Below are positions 26,216-35,600 of a DNA stretch of 53,633 nt, in pieces. Under the pieces are notes generated by a model that saw only the letters and a program-made list of their open reading frames with translations, searched no databases and was not told the origin of the DNA. The stretch lies in the IMG/VR virus record IMGVR_UViG_3300034039_000013, positions 1 through 53,633 of that record. One strand, given 5' to 3'. The translations under genes were made by a program, and so were the position numbers. Position 1 is the first letter of the stretch; each line of letters opens with the position of its first letter. Origin of the DNA: a virus. Lineage: Duplodnaviria; Caudoviricetes.

Positions 26216-27975
26216 GCCTTCAACTCCTCAATCAGCGCCTCAAGCTCTCTAACTTTTGCCTCAAGTGCCTCAACCTTTGCCGCCAGAACCGCATCAATGT
26301 CCACGGACAGCATCCCATCGACGCCCTCACTTACAGCTTCGGGCAAGACCTCTTGCACTTCTTGCGCGATATAGCCAATTTGGTCTTTTTCGCGCCCAGG
26401 GTCTTTCCAATCGAAAATAGACAGCCGTAAGTTTGCAACTTCAGGCCGAGCAAAACTCCTGACATTGGTTTTCATCCGAAGGTCGGAATAAACCTTGAAG
26501 CCGCCATCAGCCTGCACGCGCTTATTGAAATAGAACTCTGGCCGGTCTGTTAAGAAATGGCAATAGGTGCTATCGCCCGCGCCAATATCGACATAGCCAC
26601 TTGCGGTATTTACGCGGAGATAAGACCGCAGACTTACTCCAACCCCGTTGCTGTCTCTATTCCAGAGCGGCACGCCACTGCCATCTGTCCCGATATAACA
26701 ATCCCTTACGCCATCGCGGCCAAAAAAACTAATATAATTCCAGTCGTTCGGGTCGCCATCCGGCACGCGAAGATTAATTACGCTATCGCCGCCGGCTTGG
26801 ACTGTTATAGCTCCAGTAAAAGTGGCACCGGACAATTTTGCAAACGCAGACGCGTGATAACCATCTAGCAAATCCGCGTCAAGTCCTGAACCAGCGCCGT
26901 CATTGCCAGAGTGCCAGACTTTTTCCCATGGCTGCCAAGTGCCGTTATTTTGACAGCGAATCCACATAGAGTTATTGCGGGGGTCAAAAAACCCCTGCCC
27001 AGCCCACAAAGAAGAATCATAGTTCAGGGTAAAAACGTACCCATCTACAACACCGGAAGGTTTTACAGCACTGGAATAATCTAGGTGGTTTACTTGGAAT
27101 CCTGCAGCCTTAAAATCATTATTGGTGTATGCCCTATGGTTGGTCAAATAATCGTCCGCCAAGGTGTCATGACCATGGCTTGAAAGAGCGAAGCTAGATG
27201 CATGGAAGCCATCCAATGTATCAGCATCAAGACCTGAACCAGGGCCATCATTGCCAGCGTGCCAAACCTGATTTCCGTTTACGGTCAAGCTGCCGGTAAA
27301 ATTAGCTCCAGATAGCTGGGCAAACGCAGTCGAATCCAAACCATCCAAGGTGTCAGCATCAATTGTCGGATTGCTTGCAGTATCGAACCACAAAGAGCCG
27401 TCAGGTACGGCACCTGGGTCTGTAGAAGAGATATAGAACGGGTGAGCAGACTTCAGAGTCTTCCCAGAAATTACAAAATCATTGGAATCGTAATCTAACC
27501 AATCAGTAGCTCCATAAGACTGATCCCAAAACAGAATCCTGTCTGCTCCTGGGGATATGAGATTCTCTATACCAATGTTGCTTACGGTAGTTCCAGACAA
27601 GTCATTAGACGGCCGGATGTACGGGGCTACTTTAGTCCCTCGGTTCAAGACCGGCTTACGAGAGGCTATCACCGTACCGGCGTTAGCAGAATCGTAAGCA
27701 TAACCAAGGTTTAGAGATACTGCCCCAGCAGGGATTACTACTCCCTCAATCTTAGACTTAAACCAAGGCCCTGAGACGTCTGGGCTGACCTGGTAATCGT
27801 CAAAATCGTCGATATTGTTTCCGTCAAACGTAGCTATAGGCGTATCTGTGCCATCAAAGAACACCAACTGCGCCCGAAGGCCAGTAGCAGTGTCTACCCT
27901 AGTCTGCAGCTCCAAAGATGCAGAAACTACTTCTCCGACAGATAAATTTAGATTTGATAATAGTTTATTAGCCAT
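26212..27975 (-). CDS. Tail fibre with C-terminal intramolecular chaperone (peptidase S74)
   Basis: DADxLDG repeats; SDLRMKTNV...IGYIAQEVQEVLPEAV and terminal coiled coil. Confidence 0.9.
   Translation of the reverse strand: MANKLLSNLNLSVGEVVSASLELQTRVDTATGLRAQLVFFDGTDTPIATFDGNNIDDFDDYQVSPDVSGPWFKSKIEGVVIPAGAVSLNLGYAYDSANAGTVIASRKPVLNRGTKVAPYIRPSNDLSGTTVSNIGIENLISPGADRILFWDQSYGATDWLDYDSNDFVISGKTLKSAHPFYISSTDPGAVPDGSLWFDTASNPTIDADTLDGLDSTAFAQLSGANFTGSLTVNGNQVWHAGNDGPGSGLDADTLDGFHASSFALSSHGHDTLADDYLTNHRAYTNNDFKAAGFQVNHLDYSSAVKPSGVVDGYVFTLNYDSSLWAGQGFFDPRNNSMWIRCQNNGTWQPWEKVWHSGNDGAGSGLDADLLDGYHASAFAKLSGATFTGAITVQAGGDSVINLRVPDGDPNDWNYISFFGRDGVRDCYIGTDGSGVPLWNRDSNGVGVSLRSYLRVNTASGYVDIGAGDSTYCHFLTDRPEFYFNKRVQADGGFKVYSDLRMKTNVRSFARPEVANLRLSIFDWKDPGREKDQIGYIAQEVQEVLPEAVSEGVDGMLSVDIDAVLAAKVEALEAKVRELEALIEELKA
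26812..27365 (-). repeat. Three degenerate DADxLDG fibre repeats
   Basis: IDADTLDGLDSTAFAQLSGANFTG / WHAGNDGPGSGLDADTLDGFHAS / WHSGNDGAGSGLDADLLDGYHASAFAKLSGATFTG. Confidence 0.8.
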
Positions 27976-27982
27976 CTGTCAC

Positions 27983-30649
27983 CTAAGGTAATTGATAATA
28001 TCCGCCACCACTAGAAGGAGGAGCATACGGCCCCCCTCCGCCTGTAGTATTAGCACTTTCCTCTACAGGGGCTTCTACAGAACCGTCTAATAAGTTCTGG
28101 AAGTCGCCCCACTCTAAGTTAGTATCATCGTCTGGGTCTAAGAATCTGTCACCCCATCCTCCAACCGAGTGCAACACAGTCATCCCTCTATTAAATACTG
28201 GGTACCGCCCATAAAACGTCCCAGACGACACATAAGTTTTGAAAGAAAACCTAACGGCTCCTACAGGTATAAGTATGCCCTCTAATTTCACAGTAGAAAA
28301 CGACCCAGGGGGAGTCTGTGGTGTCGTAGTGGCTGGTGTACCAACAGGGTTACCTACATCATCATAAAACGCAACTTCCAAGTAGGCCCCTGTAGCATTT
28401 ATATTTTGCCAAACCAACGAGCAAGAAACATAATCTCCAGGTATTAACTCGTAAGAAGATAGCCTAAGACCTTTGAAAGACTTGTTAGCCCCGATGATTA
28501 TAGTGTTAGAGTAGACCCGTTGAGATCTCCTAGAAGGTGACACCAAATTATAAGGGCTTTGTCGTTCTCCGTATTCTTCTGCGGTCAACCCTGCTTCTAT
28601 CAATGTACCATTAGTGTCCAGAGTATTCCAAGCTCCCACCTGCCCAGAAGTGTTGATAAGCCTTGCCCACACATAAAGTATCCCTGAGATAGATACTGTA
28701 TAAGATACCTCAGACAATGAAGTGAAATCAGCAGGTACAGGGAACACCTTACTTAACGTGGCGGTATTCCTGTCATTAGAAGTTGAAAAGGTAAACTCTA
28801 CGCTAGCTATGTCTTTATCGTTAACAGAACTTACATCCAAAGTTAACTCTACGCCACCAGACAGCTTTGAATAGGTGATAGGCCCAGGTTGGTCAGGCCC
28901 AGTAGTCTTGGCTGTAACTATCCTATTCACAAGGGTGGCCTTAGCGCCTACCTTCTCCATAGCATTTATCGCAAATACTTCAAAGTCATAAGCTACACCT
29001 TCCTCAAGGACTAAGTACTGAGTTGTTGTGTTCTTGTCAACATCTGTATAGTTCCAAGCCGTGTCTGAAGATCTTTTCCAACGGAGTCTATACCTATCTA
29101 AGTATTGATCGTTTACTGGATCCCACACCAACTTAGCTCTAGGAAGGACTACGCCGTTGGGTGCAGGTAGTATGGCGTCATCCCCAGTATAAAATTGGAA
29201 ATTAGCAGGGGCTGGCATAGCCAAAGGATCGTAATCAATAGATACAGGAACACTAACGTCAGTAGTATACTCAGACAAAGCAACATCCCAAGCAGTCGTC
29301 AACTCTTCGACCAGTGTCAACTCTACGGAGAAGTCTGGGTTTATCGACATCTCTACGACTCTAAATAAAACGTCTGGAAGAGTAGGAGAGGCCAAATTTA
29401 CATTAACCAAAGACTGCACAGATGCCCTGAGTACAGTAGGTTTGCAGACCATTCTCAAAAGTTTCTGCTGTCTAGATTGCTTGAGAAGTATTATTGCTAT
29501 TCGTTGTGCTTGATAGACATCTGTAACACCTTCAAGCTTTATTTCCCTCTGAAATCTGCGCCCATCCTCAGTCTCGTAAGTTGTACTCTTTGCCGGAGGA
29601 AACGTCACACTGTCGTAGCCATCAGACGGCTCAGTATAGGTACCTGAAACATAGTTGTAATAGCTATCTCCTGTTAGGTTGGAACTATATACGAGGTTAC
29701 CTATAATGTCGTCCTCAGTAATAGTAAACTCGGCCACCCCGCCGACTCCTGCCAAAATTCTCCACTTTCCTCCGACATAAACAACCTTACCTAGCATAGT
29801 TTGCAGGATTTTCTCTAGGTTGTTTTTCCTCGAATCTGCTGTAGATAGAGCAATGTTACATTCGTACCGCTTCTGATAAGTCGATCCAGGTGGGATCTCC
29901 TCAAGCTGATCGCAAGCGTTGGCGGCTGCCATCACTGAAGGAAGGTCTATCCTATTGATATCCTCATTGAACCCTACTTCGCTGGTTAAGTAGTGTAAAG
30001 CTATTAGCGCAGGGTTTGTTGTATACTCCCAGGTACTTTGATCTGAAAATCTATGTGTGCCTGAACCGCCTTGTACTGTGCTATCCTTTCTTGGGTCGTA
30101 CACCTTAGCACCGCGCATTATTACAGATACGGACGGCAAAGTTTCCCATTCCTCGTATGTACCGAACCGGATAGCTATATAAGCTACGCCAGTACCCTTG
30201 TGGTTGGAAGTCCACTCAGATGGGTTTGCCCCAGAAATCAAAGGACTGGCAGTTTGAGACTGCGTTCCTGTGTACAATTCATATGTAATATCACGGCCAG
30301 CGTACTTTGGATCAGAAATTGATTTACCGTCTATAATAACGTCATCTATAGCCTCAACTTCGTGCTCACAGAACGCAACTACGTAGTACAGTGCAGATCC
30401 CTTCGTTGTCCAATAAACAAGAGGGCCAGATACTCTGACTTTTCCATATACAACAGACAGCGGGGCGTCAGAATCCCTGACCATCCCTTTCTTAGGAGGA
30501 GTGGTCAAGTCGGTTTTAGGCTGCATACCTTCTATGATGGCATTAAAAGTCACCATCAATATGATTTGGCCTATGACAGCGGCAATAGAAGCATAACCTA
30601 TTGCCGCTGAGGCCGCTGCAAACGCTACTGCTACCGCTGCTTGTGGCAT
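27983..30649 (-). CDS. Central tail tip / host-specificity protein (J-like) with FN3-like domains
   Basis: VVYGKVRVSG, GAKVYDPR, WEYTTNPAL; FN3-like LVWDPV...YDFEVFAIN. Confidence 0.85.
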   Translation of the reverse strand: MPQAAVAVAFAAASAAIGYASIAAVIGQIILMVTFNAIIEGMQPKTDLTTPPKKGMVRDSDAPLSVVYGKVRVSGPLVYWTTKGSALYYVVAFCEHEVEAIDDVIIDGKSISDPKYAGRDITYELYTGTQSQTASPLISGANPSEWTSNHKGTGVAYIAIRFGTYEEWETLPSVSVIMRGAKVYDPRKDSTVQGGSGTHRFSDQSTWEYTTNPALIALHYLTSEVGFNEDINRIDLPSVMAAANACDQLEEIPPGSTYQKRYECNIALSTADSRKNNLEKILQTMLGKVVYVGGKWRILAGVGGVAEFTITEDDIIGNLVYSSNLTGDSYYNYVSGTYTEPSDGYDSVTFPPAKSTTYETEDGRRFQREIKLEGVTDVYQAQRIAIILLKQSRQQKLLRMVCKPTVLRASVQSLVNVNLASPTLPDVLFRVVEMSINPDFSVELTLVEELTTAWDVALSEYTTDVSVPVSIDYDPLAMPAPANFQFYTGDDAILPAPNGVVLPRAKLVWDPVNDQYLDRYRLRWKRSSDTAWNYTDVDKNTTTQYLVLEEGVAYDFEVFAINAMEKVGAKATLVNRIVTAKTTGPDQPGPITYSKLSGGVELTLDVSSVNDKDIASVEFTFSTSNDRNTATLSKVFPVPADFTSLSEVSYTVSISGILYVWARLINTSGQVGAWNTLDTNGTLIEAGLTAEEYGERQSPYNLVSPSRRSQRVYSNTIIIGANKSFKGLRLSSYELIPGDYVSCSLVWQNINATGAYLEVAFYDDVGNPVGTPATTTPQTPPGSFSTVKLEGILIPVGAVRFSFKTYVSSGTFYGRYPVFNRGMTVLHSVGGWGDRFLDPDDDTNLEWGDFQNLLDGSVEAPVEESANTTGGGGPYAPPSSGGGYYQLP

Positions 30650-30672
30650 CGCTGTTCCTTAAATTAACAAAA

Positions 30673-31062
30673 TCAAACGTCCCAACAACCTAACATATCT
30701 ACAGTCAATACTCTGACCAAACCTTTAGCTCCGACAAAGAACGAAACTTCTCCTGCACATAGACCCAGGCCGATACCATTCCCTGTCTCACCAATTACAA
30801 CGTCCCCAAGCTTCGCGAAACCAGATGGACGCATTTGGCCAAACGCTCTAACCGCCATTGCTTCCAGCCCTCCTGATTCGGACAGGATCTTATTGGCCGA
30901 TTCCTCATCATCATACATCCCTCTAAACTCTTCCATGAAGTCTTTACCAAGATACTCCTTTAACCAACCGCACGTAAACGTACAACAATCGTGCTCACCC
31001 CATTTAAAGGGTTTATCCCTGCATTTATCTATATACTCTCTAAACTTTTCGTACCTACCCAT
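30673..31062 (-). CDS. Tail assembly protein, NlpC/P60-like
   Basis: PFKWGEHDCCTF...GDVV; canonical position in the tail tip cluster. Confidence 0.75.
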   Translation of the reverse strand: MGRYEKFREYIDKCRDKPFKWGEHDCCTFTCGWLKEYLGKDFMEEFRGMYDDEESANKILSESGGLEAMAVRAFGQMRPSGFAKLGDVVIGETGNGIGLGLCAGEVSFFVGAKGLVRVLTVDMLGCWDV

Positions 31063-31673
31063 TAGAATGGATCCTGTGGCGGTCGTCTATCTTCATACGG
31101 CCCTGGGGGTCTTGCTTCAGGCCCCCAAATGAGAGTTGTGTTGGCAACCCTACGAACATACTCAAAAAACTTGTCCCCTGGATACCGTTCTTGATGGTCT
31201 TCATTAGTTGCCCTACGAACAGAAGGTAAATCGAACTGAGTCATAATCGACTCTACTGCTAAAGACATAGCCCCCTCTGTCTCGCTCCTTACATATTGTA
31301 CAGAATCCATGTACCCAGAGAAAATCTCAACGTAATCGTTACAAACTGCTGTCTCAGGATCTACCGTACCTAGGTATAACGTAGCATTTCTACCCCTGAT
31401 AGACTCATTGATAGATAGGTCTACCTTAGTGGTATCCACACCGGAAAGTTGTATTTTTATCCCCTTCATAGACAACCTAGAGTCCTCCCTGACTGCTTCA
31501 ATAGCGCCGAGCTCACCAACTCCGATATAAGATTCAGAGTTCAGAGTAACAGACCCTATACCGCTATGGTATCTCTGAGTCCCAGAGGTAAACTCTAACT
31601 TTACAAACAAGCAGAGGGTTACTGAAGGAGACGCAAGCGCAGCCTCTAAGCCTCCTAAAATGCCTCTACTCAT
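31062..31673 (-). CDS. Minor tail/hub protein (gpL-like position)
   Basis: YIGVGELG, IFSGYMD, YPGDKFFEYV...WG; synteny. Confidence 0.7.
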   Translation of the reverse strand: MSRGILGGLEAALASPSVTLCLFVKLEFTSGTQRYHSGIGSVTLNSESYIGVGELGAIEAVREDSRLSMKGIKIQLSGVDTTKVDLSINESIRGRNATLYLGTVDPETAVCNDYVEIFSGYMDSVQYVRSETEGAMSLAVESIMTQFDLPSVRRATNEDHQERYPGDKFFEYVRRVANTTLIWGPEARPPGPYEDRRPPQDPF

Positions 31674-32671
31674 AGGACATCCTCTATCAGATCAAAACTT
31701 ATAGTTCTGAAATTCGGGGGAGTTATAGACTCCGAAATAGTGTCAGTATCAAGTATAAACTTGCCAAAAGGCTTATTCAACAGTACTGGTGCTGCACCTG
31801 GCATTGTTTTCCGCAACGGGTAATCTAATTGCAGTTTTACCCACCCGAAAGAATCTGCGTGCGCTGGAGCAACAATCTGACGAAGTTCCCCATTGATATG
31901 AACCATATCTCCAGGTAAAAGAACACTGTTTTGTCTTTGGCTTACACTTCTTGATTGTACCAAAATAGTGCTTCCAGATTGAGGTGAAGGATCTCCGTAT
32001 AAACATTTAGTCAGGCTAACTTCTTGTATATTTACATACTCGTCATCTTGGACTGACGCTCCAGGTTTTATAGTTAAATAAGTGTTACTTGATGCGTTAA
32101 CCAGAAAAACGTGTCTACCATACCCCGATACAGTTTTGCTGAAGTAGCTAGTACCACCCCAATTAGGGCTGGTGGTTAGCTTTATATCCAAATCGGCTTT
32201 GGGGCCTGGGCCTATATCAACAACGAGCGCCCTATCAGTACTCGGTGTCGTGACCGCCTGCTCTATGTAAGGAAGAGTGGCCCCTTTCTTGTACAAGCTG
32301 ACTGAATATCCGTCAAAAATGACGCGCCCACCTCCATCATTAACAGTCCAACCTGTTAAACCAAGGCTGAAATCAGGGTTTTGCAACGCTTCGTCAGGAA
32401 CAAAAGTACCTTTAGGCACAGGTCTAGAAAAATCATGACAATAAATCCTTCCCGCAGCACCCCCAACGGCTTGCAAAGTTCTCAGAAGGTAAAGTGCCCG
32501 TTCTTCATCCATATCCTCATATGTAAGGCTGAACTTCCACAACCTGCCTAATGTAGATACAGTCTGCTTAGACCCTGTGTATATGCTGGTGAACGTAACC
32601 GTTTTATTTATATTACTCTTCACCATGCTAGACGGTGCTAGCTTCGTCGGAAGTCCTAACTCATACGCCAT
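31670..32671 (-). CDS. Distal tail protein with inserted putative carbohydrate-binding domain
   Basis: Directly after the TMP; central LQNPDFSLGLTGW insert. Confidence 0.6.
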   Translation of the reverse strand: MAYELGLPTKLAPSSMVKSNINKTVTFTSIYTGSKQTVSTLGRLWKFSLTYEDMDEERALYLLRTLQAVGGAAGRIYCHDFSRPVPKGTFVPDEALQNPDFSLGLTGWTVNDGGGRVIFDGYSVSLYKKGATLPYIEQAVTTPSTDRALVVDIGPGPKADLDIKLTTSPNWGGTSYFSKTVSGYGRHVFLVNASSNTYLTIKPGASVQDDEYVNIQEVSLTKCLYGDPSPQSGSTILVQSRSVSQRQNSVLLPGDMVHINGELRQIVAPAHADSFGWVKLQLDYPLRKTMPGAAPVLLNKPFGKFILDTDTISESITPPNFRTISFDLIEDVL

Positions 32672-35600
32672 TATCTGACCCCTATAGGCTTCTTATAACG
32701 GTTCTGCTCAGTAGCAACCTTAGCAACAGATTGGTTTATACTTCTAGAAATTTCCCTACGTACAAACTCCTTATCAGCTACGTCGCCCACAGTAATAGTG
32801 AAGTTGTTTACAATGGTTGTTCCAGACCCAGTAGCTACTGGAGTTACCACAGGATTAACTATAACAGGAGGTAACATTGGAGAACCATGAGGTTTAGAAG
32901 AGCCAGGTACTCCTGTTATTTTTCCTGAAGTAGGAGAACTTTTACCAGAAGAACCAGAGCCATTGCCTAAACCTCCATTAGCAAACAAGTTGGTCAAAAG
33001 ATCACTAAGACCGTAACCTCCACTGTCCTTAGATCTGAACAGTTTATCTACTAACCGTTCGGCCAGTATCCTCTGAATAACTCTAACAAAGGTTTGCTCA
33101 AGCTGTTGCAGACCTTCTATAGTCGGGTTGATGAAGAACTCTGTAAACGCTTGTCCCATCTCCTTAGCCGCTTTGTTAGCCTGTTGGACAGTATCTAACT
33201 TCTGCCAACGTAGCTGCTCCTCGCGCAAACGGACAAAGGCATCCTTAGCGTTCTCGATAGAAGATACATAAGCTTTCAGGGCTTTTATAAGTTCCTTGCT
33301 CGCTCCTGCTTTTGCCGCCTGCTCTAAGACCCTACGAGCTTCATCAAGCTTCGCGTTTAAATCAGCCAATTTGACTTCATAACCACCGAGAGCATTGATT
33401 TGATCTCTCAGGCGCTCGGCTTCTTGGCGATATTCTGAAGTAAGGCTGTTCAGCACTGCCAGCTTAGTATTCTCGCTCAAAGCCTTTTGGCGCTGAAGTA
33501 GCCTATCTAACTCTCCGTTCAAGTCTATGAGTGCTTTTTCTTGCGCTTTCAATGCAGAAGCTAGCTGAGAGGAAGCTTCGCTGTTCCCTCGCTCTACTTC
33601 TAACTTTCTCTTAAGCAGAGAAATGTTGTTTTCTATCTGCGTACGAGTAGCATCATACGCGGCTATAATTTTATCTGAGGATTCTTGCTCTACTCTAGCC
33701 GACTCTGCTAGCAGGCTCCCTAGAGACCTACTACCTGACTTAAATTCTATGGTTAAGACCTTCCTAGTGGCCGAAGCTTCCTTCTTAATCTGATCTACAA
33801 TAGTCTTAACATTCTCGGTCTGAGCCTTTAGAAGCATGTTAAGGTTGTCCACCAACTCGTTGGTGGCTACTTCACGCAAAGCTTCAGTCAGCTTTCTATT
33901 AAGAATTGCCTGCTGTTCATCTAAATCTTCTACAGATTTAGTGAGGTCTTTCAGATAGCTAGCAAACTCATCAAAATTCTTGAAGTCGAGAGGCCGTAAA
34001 TCGAAGGCTTCATTTATCCTATCAAGGATATGCGCTTTGAACTCTTTAATGTTAGCGAATCCTCCTTCCGCAGCTTTTGTAGCTTCTTGCAGAATTTCAG
34101 AAGGTGTCGCACCTCTTGCAAAAGCTGCTTCAGCGGCCTTTACAGCTTCGTCAGACAGCTTAGAATTCTTGCTTATCTCGGAAAGTAAGAAGCCTCTAAC
34201 CTTATCTCTCTCCGCCCTCAAGGAAGCGATAGATTCTTTAATGGCGTTGAGCGTTTGAATAGCCCCTTCCTTTCCTACCTGTAAGGCTAGCTTTGACCCA
34301 GAAGTAATTAACTTCAGAGCCTCGTTAAACTCTTTAGTTTGATTCTTTACTGAAGTTTTCACCCTAGAAATAAAATCTACTCCGCCTTCATCAACAAAGC
34401 TCCTAAATTCGGACAATTCTTTCTGGAACTCCGCATTATTGGCACGAATAGACTCAAGAGTTTGTTTACGCTCTGCCTTCAAACGCTCTTGCTCTTTACG
34501 GATCCTTCTCTCTCTTTCTATTTGAGAGGTGGTCATATTTAATAACCGATCACCAACTTTAGCTGTGAACTCATCAAGCTCAGCTATAGCTTCGTTAAGA
34601 GTTGCTAACCTATCCCTTAATGCTTGCGACTCTTTTAAAAGTTCATCTCTCTCCGCACCTCTAGCAAAAGGTAGTTGAGCTTTTTGTAAGGACTCTAATC
34701 GCCCTCTTGTAATAGCTCTCAACCGTTCAATCTTTTCTCGCAGTTTATTTATTTTCTCGGCAGGGGTCTCACTCTCCTCTAATAGCTTCTCAACAGACGG
34801 CAGTGGGGCGTCAAACAATTTTTGCAAAGATTCTAAAGAAGAAGGGGCTGATACGCCTGCTGTCTCAGATAGTTTATCTATAACAGGTAATACATCTTGG
34901 ATAGTGCTTTTAAATCGCTTGGCCTTCTTTTCTGCTTCAGATAAGGAAGTAGCAAATTCATAAATCGATAAGATAATAGCAGCAGGTAAAAAAGTCCTAG
35001 CCACAGCCTTAACCGCGGTCAGCCCTCTGGCCAAAAGCGTTGAAGAAGCAGCGGCTTTAGTCACACCTTCTGCTGAAACTGCCGCGCTAACCCCTAAAGC
35101 ACGCATGGCTGATTCACCGACCTTGGTAGATGCAACCAAAGCGACAAGGTTAGCCTTAAGATTTTTAGACCCAATTGCTAAGGAAAGTAAACCTGCCCCT
35201 AGTTTATAAACCCCAACAGCTAAAAGAAGCTTAAACGCTCCTGTCAGAATTCCTATGTTATTGGCTAACGCCTGAACACCTCTAGTAACGGTGTCTAGAA
35301 TTACAGATAAATCATCCTTCATAGCCTCGTACAACTTCAAGGCTACGTCGGTCACAGCAGACACCAGCAGCTTAAACTTAGACCACACATTGTCTTGCAA
35401 CTTGTCTTGCAAATCTTGTGCAGCCCCGCTGCTGTTATGCATCAGGCTTAAAAGCTCTTCTAACTCTTGACGACCGCTGAGGATTGCGCCAGCAAAAGTA
35501 GGGCCTGCCCTAGCCCCAAAGATGGTGAAGATGTCGCTAACGGTTGCGCCAGCCTCACTCAATTCAATAACAATGTCTTTCAGCGACCGCATTCGGCCAT

